A stretch of 62,882 nucleotides of DNA, filler included, from Rhabdomonas costata (Eukaryota), in assembly GCA_019059605.1 (NCBI GenBank). It is 37 parts of 37 records of this genome, joined end to end, with 100 filler letters (N's around TTAATTAATTAA, not from the genome) between each part and the next. Parts side by side here need not be neighbours in the genome. Positions count along the whole stretch, not along the records: positions 13,626 to 15,228 come from JAHMHO010012194.1; positions 15,329 to 16,931 come from JAHMHO010012195.1; positions 17,032 to 18,634 come from JAHMHO010012196.1; positions 18,735 to 20,336 come from JAHMHO010012197.1; positions 20,437 to 22,040 come from JAHMHO010012198.1; positions 22,141 to 23,747 come from JAHMHO010012199.1; positions 23,848 to 25,451 come from JAHMHO010012200.1; 30 more parts are not named here. One strand, written 5' to 3'. Positions 13,526 to 25,551 of the stretch are shown here, piece after piece. The position numbers and the translations under genes were made by a program. Each line of letters starts with the position of its first letter. The stretch's first letter is position 1. The notes beneath the pieces were generated by a model. That model made no database searches. It was given only the letters and a program-made list of their open reading frames with translations, and was not told the origin of the DNA.

Positions 13526-13968
13526 NNNNNNNNNNNNNNNNNNNNNNNNNNNNNNNNNNNNNNNNNNNNTTAATTAATTAANNNNNNNNNNNNNNNNNNN
13601 NNNNNNNNNNNNNNNNNNNNNNNNNGTGGGCGAGAGGGTGACAGATAAGATTCATACGTCTTCATTTCCATATCTCTGTCACCCTCTCGCCCACCAGACA
13701 AACCGCTTTCGGAGCCGAAAGACCTGAGCAGGGAAGCCTCGACCTGAGCATGATAAACACACAACAAGCAGGGGTTTCGGAAGGGGTGGGGGGCAAGTGA
13801 AAAAGGTTTAAGGAGTAGAAACAGAACCATATGAGAGGACGACCGCCAAGAGGACCGAGAACGGTAAAAGTGCAAAGGGTGACATTGAGAGAATCAGACG
13901 CATATCCGTTGTGACAGCAGTGCCAAAAGGAAGGTACAAGAGCTCGCCAGAGGAATGGTGCGGCCTAC

Positions 13969-14592
13969 CTGTCCGGGAAGACTGCAACCCTGATTCGCCA
14001 CTCGAAGCCGCGATGGACCTGTCATAGGGGTTTCAACGAAGACCCCAGCTGCGCCTCCAGCCTCCGCGACAGGGCTGAGGAGAGCCCACGACCGGGTCAG
14101 CCTGGCGTTGACAAAGATACCGGTGGGCCTCACCTCGATCTCGGCTCGGGGACACGTGGTGCCCTCGCCGCAGTGCCCGTGCCGGCCCCACGCCGGGAAT
14201 TCCTCCTCCTTGATCCTTCCCTCGGCTCGGACGTGCCCGAAGAAGAACGTGGTGCCCCAGAAGTTGGGCTTGAAGTCCAGCGCAAGGTGGCCCCCGTCCT
14301 CGGTCAAGATACGGTAGGACATCTGCACGTCCCCGCTTTGCAGCCTGGCCTCCACAGGGAAGGGGCACCTGTGGAGAAGAAAGCGAACATAGGTTGGGCA
14401 GCCCACCCCGCGTCACGTTCTCCGCACGGTACGCAGGAAAGCACTAACACACACGCACATACACACACGCACACACCGGTTGACTATCACCACCACGACC
14501 TTGTCCAGGTGGTTCTTCCAGTACTTCTTCAGCTCTTCGAAACCCTTCCACGGAGGGTTACCCGCCGCCATCGCTTGAGATGCGGCATCCAT
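13969..14592 (-). CDS. Spliced gene with a plant self-incompatibility S1/SPH-like domain (exons 14592-14477 and 14368-13969)
   Basis: A 108-nt GT-AG intron (14476-14369) joins the frames to give ...KVVVVIVNRCPFPVEARLQSGDVQMSYRILTEDGGHLALDFKPNFWGTTFFFGHV...HCGEGTTCPRAEIEVRPTGIFVNARLTRSW, which follows SPH motif order. Confidence 0.6.
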
Positions 14593-15393
14593 CTTCGTGT
14601 GCGTGTGTTCAAGGGAAGGCTACCAATAAGAAAAAACCAGTGAAAACCCAGACTCACGCACACGACATGCCGAGGCTGGCTGGCGGCCACTGCTGCTGGT
14701 GGTTGCTGATGGTGGTGAAATCGAGGGCATCCCTGTTGCTTGTGTCCTCTGAAGTGGCTTGCCACAGCTTTGGACACGTTCAAAGGTTGCCTTACGGGGC
14801 CACTGCTGCTGGTGGTGAAATCGAGGGCATCTCTAGGTTTTCAATGAAGCGCTGCACGTCGCTAATCCAGACTACATTATCCTGATTGGGACAGTTGGGT
14901 GAGTTAGGACTGCGTTGGAAACTGACGGTGCTCTCGAAGTGCATGATACCCGTGTTTAATTGTTTCTCACATTCACCGGGCCCTTTTTCAAACCGAGTGC
15001 ATGATGTGGCGATTCTTGCCGAACACCGTACCCTCGGGCCGGGGGGCACATGAAAGGCGACAGAGCCAGCCTGATTGGTTGTGTTGAACGTTCCCGCCCT
15101 TCCACAGACCACCTAACTGAGCAGGCTCGGTTTTCGCGTCCTTTCTAACGGTCCGAAATACTCTGTTGCAACTCCGTCCACTCCGTCCAAATCGACACAC
15201 GGTTTCAACGGATGCTAACCCACCAAAANNNNNNNNNNNNNNNNNNNNNNNNNNNNNNNNNNNNNNNNNNNNTTAATTAATTAANNNNNNNNNNNNNNNN
15301 NNNNNNNNNNNNNNNNNNNNNNNNNNNNTTTGTTTTTTGTGTACTTTATTTGTGTTTTGGACTCTGTGGTTCGCGAATGCGTGGGGGGTTCAG

Positions 15394-15909
15394 GCACGTA
15401 CTGGTGCACATGCAGTCCGAGGCAGCGCAGTGCTGCCTTGTAGAGCTTCGGATGAGCTGCTTCGGGATGCCCGCTCTGGCCCGCAAGCACGAGCTCCGGG
15501 AGCTCCAGAAGATGGTCTGTGGTGATGGCGAGGGTAGAACCCACATGGCCGCAAATTAGAGCAGGCCAGTCCATCAGAAAAAGTTAGCTTTGCCTTAGTG
15601 CGTGGGTGGTTGAGCTTCGGCAACCTGTAACTGATACGCTGACATCCGACGAAGTATTCGTTTCGTGAATTTTTATGCTCTGTGCTGACAAGCTTAAGTT
15701 TTCTGCATTACCACGATGCGTCTCACTTTTGGATTTTTAGGTGGACCAGCTGACCCACAAGTCTCGTGCCGGTCCTGTGCAGCTGCGGCGTGTGCGTGGC
15801 CTGCTGCCGGCAGTGGTGCGGGCTCTGGCTGAGGCCTCTGGGGAGGACAGCCCCCCGCTGGAGGACTCCTCGGATGATTTCCCCTGCCTCACCTCGCAGC
15901 TCTGCTCAG
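15394..15909 (+). CDS. Two exons (15394-15514, 15741-15909) of an unidentified protein
   Basis: In-frame join across a GT-AG intron: ...KHELRELQKM|VDQLTHKSRAGPVQLRRVRGLLPAVVRALAEA... Confidence 0.45.
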
Positions 15910-18740
15910 GTGAAGGGTTCCCCGCCCTCGCGGCAGTGTGGGGTCGTGTGCTGTGTTTTGTTTTGGGATCGCGTCACATCGGAAATGAAGTTGCAAAACG
16001 CTGCGTGCACGAGGTCAGGTGCAGGCGATTTTCTCCAAAAAGTCAGTCCTGGTTGCCTGTCATGCCCAGGAACTCGGAGGTATGCACCACCACATCATGT
16101 CAAAATTATGAACGTAAGCAAATCAGTGTTGGCAGTGGCACTCTTTTGAGATGTCATTCCGCGAAAGACTGTCGTTTTTATACGACTTTTTCGCTTATAT
16201 CTTATATATTATTATAGGTTACTGGGCCAATATGGAGACCAAAGCAAGGGAAGAGAAGATCCAACAGACAGTGTCTGGCGAGCTTCGCAAAACTCGACTC
16301 TGCGCCGACGCAGTGAGGGGCAAAGGGGGGAGCTTGGGTAAATTATGAGGAGAAACCCGCCGGTGTTGAAGCAGCAGCCGCTGCAACGTGTTTAGCAAAG
16401 GCCGGGGACCCGCACAAGTACTCCGGGTAGGTGTCAAAAGGTGCGAGGGTTGCGGTGGTGGGACCACCGTGACGCCTTGTCTGAAAGGTCCGCACACACA
16501 AGACACATACATTAGCAGGCGACAAAATGGAAGCAGGGACACGGAGGGACAGTAGACTGGGCAGAAGGTGATAAATGACAGACTTTTAGTAAAAAACAAC
16601 AACATGCAAACAGGCGAGAAAAATCACTCCGCCTTGGAATGCTGGGTGGCTTTGTTAGGGGACGAAATGGGGCGGGGAAAGAAAGGGAGATACCCTCCCA
16701 GTGCTCGCCCACACGCCCGAGTAGGACTGGTTGTAGGAAGTCAGTGTTGCCGGGAATGAGGTTTTGGCATGAAAGTCATGTGCGCTGCAGCTCCTCAGAA
16801 AGCCGCTCTGTGAATCAGTGGATACGCAATTGTCCCAATTGTCTCCCCCCCCCCTCCGCATGTGCAAATTGGGCTGCAACCTTCCAGACGCCCGAAAACC
16901 GCTCACAAACTGCAACTCCGAGGTGCAAACANNNNNNNNNNNNNNNNNNNNNNNNNNNNNNNNNNNNNNNNNNNNTTAATTAATTAANNNNNNNNNNNNN
17001 NNNNNNNNNNNNNNNNNNNNNNNNNNNNNNNTGTGTTGGGGGAGATTGGTTGGTTGGTGCTTCTTATTTTCTCCGGACCTGATAGTGCGACCCAAACCAA
17101 CCCGAAGGGACTGAGCGCTCCGCCGGCTTCCGGGACAACGCTAGGGGTGCTTCTTTCGAAGGGAATTGGTTTGAGTGACTGGGACAGTGTGTATGTTCGG
17201 CGCTTTGGAAATCAGATGCTTTCAAGGAACCCTCTGTCAAGCACTAATGGGGTTCTGTCCCCATTTTTTGTGTGGCTTGTTGTGGGATGTTGCCGAATGT
17301 GCATCCTCTGCTGGATGCACGACCACGACAGACGACAGCCGATGTGTGGTGTGTGCATCACCTCGAGGGTCAGAGGGCCGCTGCTTTGTAGCTGGGAGGG
17401 TGGCTGGGACCACAAGTGGAGCAGCAGCTGGCACTGCAGGAAGGCTGTGCTAGGACTGAAGGCCCCCCACGAGGACGACCCCAGCATCGAGCCCAGCGTG
17501 GGATACGCCATCACACACTCCTCGTCCACCTTATTTTGAGCAAACAAAAAATACGCAACAATGGTAATGAAGAGGGGGGGGGGCGTTAAACCTTCAGGTC
17601 AGAACGCAAGGGCGACGAACGGTTCCCAGGAGAGAGCAATACAAAAGGGATTTTGATTAGTATCGGTGGGAAGGCCAGCGCCGCGGAGACCAGTCCACGG
17701 CGCGGCCGGAACGGGCGGTTGGGGTAGGACGTTCCGTGGGTTGGCGGTACTCCTATTAGCACTGCTCGTCCGAATCAGGCAGATTTTTTTGGGGATGTTA
17801 TTTTTAGGACTTGGGGAAATTGGAAATTTGGGACCGTTTGCGGTGCTAAACGTTCAACGCCCCCCCCCCAATACAAGAGACCCCAAAATACCGTATTTCC
17901 ATGCCCCGATCCATGCTCCACCAACTCACCCCATGTACCTATCTTGAAGCAGTTGGTTTGGTTGACTGCGACAGTGTGTGAGTTTGTTTATGTTTGTAAA
18001 TGTTTGTTCGCGAAAGAAAAAGAGGAAAGAAAAAGAGGGGGAAGTCCGTGCTGCTAAAAAGCATTTCGTCTGCCCCTGAGGGGGAGGGCATGCGGGCTGG
18101 ACCATAGTATACCCAGGTACCCGTATACCCGGAACCCCTCAAGGTCCCATGGGCTGGGTATGGGTGGGACCCCCCCCCCCACAAGTGGGGGCGGGGTGCA
18201 CGATGATGCGGGTGTGGAGCTGTGCGAGCTAGGCGAGATAGGGCCACCTGAAGTGGAGAATACCGACTGACTGGAGTCGCATCTTGCAAGAGGAGCACTG
18301 AAGGGGCGGACCATCCGCCACCTGCCTAACCACCACCACTTGCCCCGCTCCCCGCAACACTCCTCGAGCAACCTGTCGTGATCACCCAAAATGGTTTAGA
18401 CCTTCTGCTTTGCGCTTTCACCGCTTTTGGGACATTCACCCATCAAAACCGAGGCCTTCAAGCCCGGACGAGAGCATATTCGTATCCAGCGCACCAACAT
18501 AACCTGGAGGAACCCACCCTCCAACTGCTCAACGACAGCTGAAGTGCCCACACCCACACAACCCTCGAAACCATACCTCGGCCGTGGCGTTCTTGGCTCG
18601 GCATACGAACCTCGGACCCAAGTCCACCAAAAAANNNNNNNNNNNNNNNNNNNNNNNNNNNNNNNNNNNNNNNNNNNNTTAATTAATTAANNNNNNNNNN
18701 NNNNNNNNNNNNNNNNNNNNNNNNNNNNNNNNNNGTTGGT

Positions 18741-18873
18741 TTTGACTTTTCCAGCACATTACCAGTGCTTTGCTATGAATTTCTCTTGCCGCACTCAGTC
18801 GATAAGTAACGAAAGAATTGAAGAGAAAGAGAAATTCATAGCAAAGCACTGGTAATGTGCTGGAAAAGTCAAA
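18741..18873. repeat. Contig-terminal inverted repeat (47-bp arms)
   Basis: 18741-18787 is the reverse complement of 18827-18873. Confidence 0.85.
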
Positions 18874-18958
18874 TCCTCTTGCCACGCCCAATCAATGCAT
18901 AACGGCGAACCGAAGAGAAATTCCTATGGTCTGCTAGCTCTGCCTTCAAAGTCTCGCG

Positions 18959-18986
18959 TTGAAGTTTGGATGTAAAAAAATATAAT
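18959..18986 (+). promoter_or_regulatory. Sigma70-like promoter upstream of infC
   Basis: TTGAAG (18959-18964), 16-nt spacer, perfect TATAAT (18981-18986), about 50 nt before the probable start. Confidence 0.5.
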
Positions 18987-19035
18987 CACCCGATCCTTTG
19001 GGACTTGGAACGCCTTCAACAGGCTTAGGTGCAAT

Positions 19036-19566
19036 ATTCCTGATTCGCATAACAATTTTTTTAGAATCACCGATAAGATTACGGCACAAACCGTAAGGCT
19101 GGTGGATGATGAAGGAAAATTCGTAGGGATCGTAGGTATATCTGAGGCCCTAAGGCTGGCAGGGGAAGCGGGGATTGACCTTATTGAAGTTTCTCCGAAA
19201 GCTGTTCCACCTGTCTGCAAAATGGGAGATGCAGCTCGGCTGAGATACGAGCAGAAGAAGCGACTCCAGGCTGGCAAGAAGAAGCAAACAAAAATACAGC
19301 TGAAAGAGGTCCGGTTGAGGCCGGCCATAGAACAGCACGATTTTGATGTAAAACTCAAAGGTATCTTGAGGTTTCTCGCCGATGGCTGTCATGTAAAGAT
19401 TTTGGTCAGGTTTAGGGGACGTGAGGTATTGCACAATCAAGATGGTCGAGATCTGCTTGCAAAGATTTTAGAGCAGGTCGGTGCTCTTGCCGTCGCCGAG
19501 GCGCCCGTAAAGTTAGATGGAAAGCAGATGATCTTAAAGATTATTCCGAGGAAGACACCAGCCTAG
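19036..19566 (+). CDS. infC: Bacterial translation initiation factor IF-3, probable ATT start
   Basis: Intronless. Contains RITDKITAQTVRLVDDEG, DLIEVSPKAVPPVCK, KEVRLRPAIEQHDFDVKL and VKILVRFRGRE. The frame is open upstream of the called GTG (19102) to an ATT at 19036 preceded by AGGTG. Confidence 0.95.
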   Translation: MPDSHNNFFRITDKITAQTVRLVDDEGKFVGIVGISEALRLAGEAGIDLIEVSPKAVPPVCKMGDAARLRYEQKKRLQAGKKKQTKIQLKEVRLRPAIEQHDFDVKLKGILRFLADGCHVKILVRFRGREVLHNQDGRDLLAKILEQVGALAVAEAPVKLDGKQMILKIIPRKTPA

Positions 19567-22365
19567 CCCCCGCGGGCCAGGATTAAACAGAGTATCTCGA
19601 TCGATTGTCCATCGCAGAAGTCCCCCTATTTCGCCCAACCCTTCAAATAGCACGCGCTGTTAGCAGGACCTTGTCGGATCTGCTGAAAACCGGAGAATGG
19701 GTATATCATCGTTACTAAGGTATATGCAGCACTGGGGTTCCTTCGGGCTAGATGGGAACTCTCTCACCTCTCCTTAATTACTGCGGCTGTTAAAACAAGC
19801 AACCCTTCTGAATGGACTTTGCCAACTGAAATCACGTGCTTTCAAGCCAACATCGGTGCCTGGTTGCCCAATGAATTGCGTTGGCGCCGCACGCGATGCA
19901 GCCATATGTTCTCTTGTGCAAGTATTTTACTCATTCTCCTTAGTTAACAAAAATGATCTGCAGTCGGGTGCCGGTTTTTGGTTGAATGAATAGATCCTGT
20001 GCTCTAGATTAATGCTCGGTTGCTCGGCGGCCACATCGGTTGGTAGTTGGGCTCCACTCACTTCATGCGCAACTGAACTGGTTGTGCCAGGATACAGTTC
20101 TCTGATTTTCTGCAACCGGTGAGTGGCATCCGGCTCCAGTTTGGTTTTCCGTCTTCCGCGACAAGCGATAGCTTCTGATTCGGCGGAGGAGTGGCCAGTC
20201 TTTTCGTTCATATTGATTCCTTCCCCTCCCGTGTCGTCCACCTTTACAGCCCTTCTCAGCTCTTTCCTGCGGAGTCATCGCCCTGAGACAACCCTTTTTG
20301 GCGAGAGGCGAGAGCGTGCGACCCAAAACCACAAAANNNNNNNNNNNNNNNNNNNNNNNNNNNNNNNNNNNNNNNNNNNNTTAATTAATTAANNNNNNNN
20401 NNNNNNNNNNNNNNNNNNNNNNNNNNNNNNNNNNNNGGGTTACCGCTAGGAGAGATGGGGGATAGTGCGGCCGTAGGGGCCAATGGGTACGGGAGCCCTG
20501 CCATCAACCGAGGATAACCTAGGACAAGCAGACACCGAGCACACACATTCACATTGGTACGGGAGTGCTGGAATAGATGTTTATTGAAAAGCAGAGGCAT
20601 CTCCGCTGCGAGAACTCATCTGGAGGGCACTTTTAGCGGGATAAGGAATTAGAAAAGTGCCCAGGCGGACGAAGTGTTGCCAGGGGACGTGGTGGAGCCG
20701 TGTCTTCGGGCCATCACACATGGGCGACGGAACAAACTGACATTCGATTTTTACTCCTCACCATATCACGATGCTTGCTGAGGCGTGCGGGGGGAGCGGG
20801 TGCGTATGTGCTGCTGTGCTCTCGCCTTGCTTTTTTGCATTTGTTTCTCTTTGTGTGTCTGTGAGTTTCCTTCGCCATCATCCCACGCTCCCGAGCGCAC
20901 GTCCGCATGCCCAGTGGCTTAGGGTGCAGAGAGATAAAGGCGGGGCAGTGTCGGGAAACCGGGTGGAACCCCCACCCCCCGGGTTCACCCAGAAAGGGTA
21001 GTAGTGTAAGGTGGCGATACTCTGGCCTGCAATGTCCGCTGCGGACTGTGTCTAATGTGGTGTCCGCGTTTCTGTTGTGTGTAAATAGTGCTGACTTTTC
21101 GGGGTTCATCTTTTTCTCACGTGATATTGTGTTGCGCTGGTTTTCTGTTTCTTTTGTGATGGCTTTTTTGTTCTCTGTTGCTGTGTTGGCATTCTTCGGA
21201 CTGCAGCACGCTGTCGAATGCAGTCCGATTTGATATGTTTGCTTTGAAATTCTTTCTGCATGGTGGCAGATGACTAAGGACCATACGTATTTCCATATTT
21301 CTTGTATTGCTCATATTGTCAGGATCTTTGAATAGAATTCAAGAGATGCAGTTGGGCTTCTCGTCTTGCTGGTCTCGCGCTGCATATCGCCAGTTCTCGT
21401 GTCGCTTAACTTACGACGACAGAACTTTGCCCAGGGAAGGGCACCTCTGACTAACATGCTCTTGTCTCGGCGCGAAATTAGCCAGACAGCCATTCATAGG
21501 TCCCTACACATAAGCCCTAATGTCTTGCATAAGTCTTCGGACTTTTCCAAGGGTCTGTTCGACCATGAAAATTAACAGATCGCTGTAATCGGCAATTTGG
21601 TAAGGCGGAACCTATCCGAAAGAACCTCGGACTCGGAAACGTTTGTGTGCGTTCGGCTTCTGTGTCGGCGTGTGTTCTAGTGATCCGTCAGCTTCCCCGT
21701 TGCGTGTCCCAGGCGGCGCCCGTCGAAGATGTTTCCGCATATCCAAAGCCCGAAGCTCCGGTCCACCACGCCATCCCTCGAAACACAACAAGAGAAGAGA
21801 ATGACGCAACACACGGGTACCCCGCACCCCATGACACACATGAAGAAGAGCAGATCCCAGAAGAATGATTAGAACCTCTTTGGAAACGTGGAACCGTACA
21901 AAGATCAGCACCCTTTACAACTCAAAGCACCGCAGAGGAGGAACAGAGATCTATCACAAACAAGGGAGCAAAAGCACCACCTCAACCATCCACCTCCACA
22001 GAACACAACACGATCACAGCGCTCCGCTAGACCAGACAACNNNNNNNNNNNNNNNNNNNNNNNNNNNNNNNNNNNNNNNNNNNNTTAATTAATTAANNNN
22101 NNNNNNNNNNNNNNNNNNNNNNNNNNNNNNNNNNNNNNNNTGGTGACTTGGGGTCTCGGATCTGGTGGCGTCGATCGGGGAGACTTGTCGGGCCTCCCTT
22201 CTCCGCCGGGTTTCCCCTTTAACGTCCCCAGGGACGGCTTGCGTCGCGGTCGCTTCCTGTGTTGTGGACAACTCGCGCTGTCTCTCCGTGTGCTTGGCCA
22301 TCTCGTCCTCGTCCTCGTTGGTGAACCCTTGGGTTCTTGAACGTTCCCCTTCTGCTCACTCCAGG

Positions 22366-22366
<1 letters not shown>

Positions 22367-22405
<39 letters not shown>
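22367..22405. repeat. (CA)n microsatellite
   Basis: About 19 uninterrupted CA units; a shorter tract lies near 11575-11599. Confidence 0.95.
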
Positions 22406-22406
<1 letters not shown>

Positions 22407-23854
22407 ACCCTTCCTCCAAAACCAAACATAGAAATGAATCCATACCCGCTCCATTAGCGCAGGAGGCCCACAAGCACACGCCAGTCAACCATATCAGAAC
22501 CTCCGCTGCCACCCTCGAAGCCATTTGGGTTTGTTGAGAAAGGTACATATAAATGAACCTCTGTCCCCTAAACAACAATAAACGCTTGAGCCCTTCAGGC
22601 CAAGCAAAATGCCAAAGAAAACCATTGAGCATCAGTGCAAGTGCTCCTAATCGCAATTTACCCTCTCCTGCACGCACACACACGCACGCACACACACACA
22701 AAAGAAGCAGACGGCCTCTTTCGAGCTTTCATCAGCGCCGAAACAGTGGCCACTCTCGACTCTGTTCTGCTGAGCCTTCTATATTCATTAAACAGATTGG
22801 CATCAGTGCAGATCTTAACCAGTGCATGCGTTACGTGACACAACAACAAATGAAAGAGCGGAATAACTTGCCTGCAATTCAAAAGCGGGAAACCGAATGC
22901 GTTTGCCAATCAGCGCCTTTTTCAAACCACTTCACCTGTTCACCAGTGGAAGTTATCCAAAATAGACAAACGTCACAAAATAGTTCGCAAAGTGATAAAA
23001 AACGATACAGCGACAGAGTCACACTGAAATCGAACAATAAATAAATCCAAGTGCAGTAAGGTGCGCCAACAAACTGAGAAGAAAGGCCGCGTAAAGGCGC
23101 TCACGAAACAATGGGGTGGAGAACGAAGGAGAACAGGGCAGTCGCCACAGAGCCTCGAAAAAATGGTATGGAGCTAGTATCGACCTGTAGATGATGCCGA
23201 GATTCTCAATTTTCGAGATACAACTAAACGAATGTATATAATCAATCAAAGAAAGCCGATAGGTTGCATGATTCAAGCGATAATATCGGCAGAAATGAAG
23301 TGGATCGGATCAGAACCGAAAGCTGTGGGAGAACGAACATCCAAGAGAATCGCACTTGAACAGCATCAAGATTACGATATCTTCAGCGACGTGGGCACGG
23401 GAACCCAAAATGGGTTGAGTCAGGGGCCCTGAGAGTAAAAGAGAACACAAAACATTGTACGAGCAACAGCCCGACAACTTCGCACATCGGAGCTTTTGGG
23501 AAGGAGGGGGGAGTGGTTTGCAAAGCTGTTGTGCAATACAGGCTAAATAAATAATAAATAAATAAAGGCGTTGTACGGTCATGGGCTGAGAAATCACTTG
23601 AAATCCTAACAACCGCCGCGTCAGTCCTCTTCGACACAAGGTAAACATTTTACCTTGACCCCTAATATCGACGCGGAGCCACCTCTTAATATATTCAGAA
23701 TTCACAAAAAAAAAATCAGCAATAGAAAAGTCTTACTACCAACAAAANNNNNNNNNNNNNNNNNNNNNNNNNNNNNNNNNNNNNNNNNNNNTTAATTAAT
23801 TAANNNNNNNNNNNNNNNNNNNNNNNNNNNNNNNNNNNNNNNNNNNNCCTGCAG

Positions 23855-25429
23855 AGCATGCTTGCGGAAATTGAGGTGGACCGCGCCGCGGCGGATGAGA
23901 AGCGCACCCTGGCTATCATGGACGAAAGCGAAGCAAGCGAGAAGGCTGACCAGTGCCAGTACGCCTCTTGCCTTGCTCTTTTACTTCGGCAGGGCCGATC
24001 TGCAACCGCTGGCACGTGGACCTGACTTCGGCGTGGTTCTTATCAGAAAAACCCACTCCTCTGGGAGACCAATTACGACAGCAACTTGCTATTTGTGTGT
24101 TTTATGATGAGATCTGCTTCTGCGCCATTGATTATTTCGTGACCTCCCTTAAAGAAAAAAATTGCATTTTCCGAAAACATGGGAACAAACCCGCTCTACC
24201 AAGAGGTTCGGGATACTAGTGAGCAAGCTGTAACGTTGGCTCTGTGCAGGCAAATTCGAGCTGCGGCCCAGGCCGTGCTGGATGAGGCCCTGCCCCTGCT
24301 GGACGCTGCGGTGCGAGTTCTGCGCAACCTCAAGTATGTATTTGCATTGATGTGTGGGAGGTGTGCTGGTCTCGGACAACAGCATGGGTGCCACAATAGT
24401 GGCAATCGTGTGCTGCCCAAACGCTGCGGCCGATGCCTACTTGCCTTCGGTGAGCAGCATTCTGAGAAGCGCTCTTTTCTGGCGATGTTTTTTGCTGGCG
24501 AGGGATGAATACTGAGCGTTGTTTTGTTTGACTCATCATGTGACTGTACTGATGCGATTGAGCGACCGTTTTGCAGGGTGAAGGACATCCAAGAGGTTTC
24601 GAAGTACACCAACCCCCCTGAGGGCGTGAAGTTTGTGATGGAGGTTGTTTGCAAGATGAAGGGCGTGGCTCCGAAGAAGGCGTGCGGCCCGCACGCAGCC
24701 CCCACCCCCACGGCAATACACCCTTACCCCAGCCCTCACTTGAATGACCGTTGTAAACGGCTGCACTCCAGCACATGCATGCAAGTTCCGCAGGTCCACC
24801 ACTCAATTTTTCAATTTTCCTTTCTCTTGCGACGCCTGTTCTCTGCTGTGCAATGCACATCATCGCGAACTGATGTGGTAAAGGTGCGATTCCTGAATTC
24901 AGAAAAACCCTGGGGGTTGGGAGCTCCTCTGCTGGCGCCTTCTTCGTCCCCCGTGCTGTGGGGCTCAGGTTGGTGAGGTAGGCAAGAAGAAGGACGACTG
25001 GTGGGAGCCCTCCCGGCAGCTGCTTGCCAACGCCCAGGAACTGCTGAGCTACATGCTGAACTACGACCGCGACAACATCCCAGGTTTGTGCGCAGCCCCT
25101 GCCTAGGACGCGATAACAAAGTCACCCAAGTCCACCTTGACCTGAGCTGCTCTCTGTGTCTGCAGATTGTTTTCTTCCTGTTTCTTTCGGTCTTTGACTT
25201 AGGGACAGTTGTGTCTGTTTGTTCGTGTTTGTGTATGTTTGTGCGATGTAAAGACAGAAACATTCTTCTTTTCCACTTTTTGTGCACAGAGTCTTTGATC
25301 CTAAAGATCCGCCCCTACATCGAGGATGAGCGCTTCCAGCCTGCCAAGGTGAAGGACGTCTCCGTACCTTGCACGGCGATGTGTCAGTGGGTGCACGCGA
25401 TGTACAAGTACTACCACGTCAACCTGGAG
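23855..25429 (+). CDS. DNAH1: Axonemal inner-arm dynein heavy chain (DNAH1-like), stalk and microtubule-binding domain; 5 exons
   Basis: Exons 23855-23958, 24250-24333, 24577-24679, 24969-25083 and 25290-25429 splice in frame to ...LDEALPLLDAAVRVLRNLKVKDIQEVSKYTNPPEGVKFVMEVVCKMKGVAPKKVGEVGKKKDDWWEPSRQLL...YDRDNIPE...FQPAKVKDVSVPCTAMCQWVHAMYKY. The paralog assignment is by eye. Confidence 0.92.
25191..25260 (+). repeat. 70-bp dispersed repeat, copy 1 (inside a dynein intron)
   Basis: 69/70 identical to 26077-26146 on a different contig. Confidence 0.9.
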
Positions 25430-25551
25430 GTTTGTGAAAGTTTGGGAACAGNNNNNNNNNNNNNNNNNNNNNNNNNNNNNNNNNNNNNNNNNNNNTTAAT
25501 TAATTAANNNNNNNNNNNNNNNNNNNNNNNNNNNNNNNNNNNNNNNNNNNN

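Noticed and set aside
19927-20332. Minus-strand ORFs downstream of infC as bacterial genes
   Set aside because: They overlap each other, have no recognisable motifs and no convincing start context.
23232-23432. YDIFSDVGTG resembling the IS607 serine-recombinase DIGSG motif
   Set aside because: There is no YARVS catalytic motif or other support; probably a chance match.
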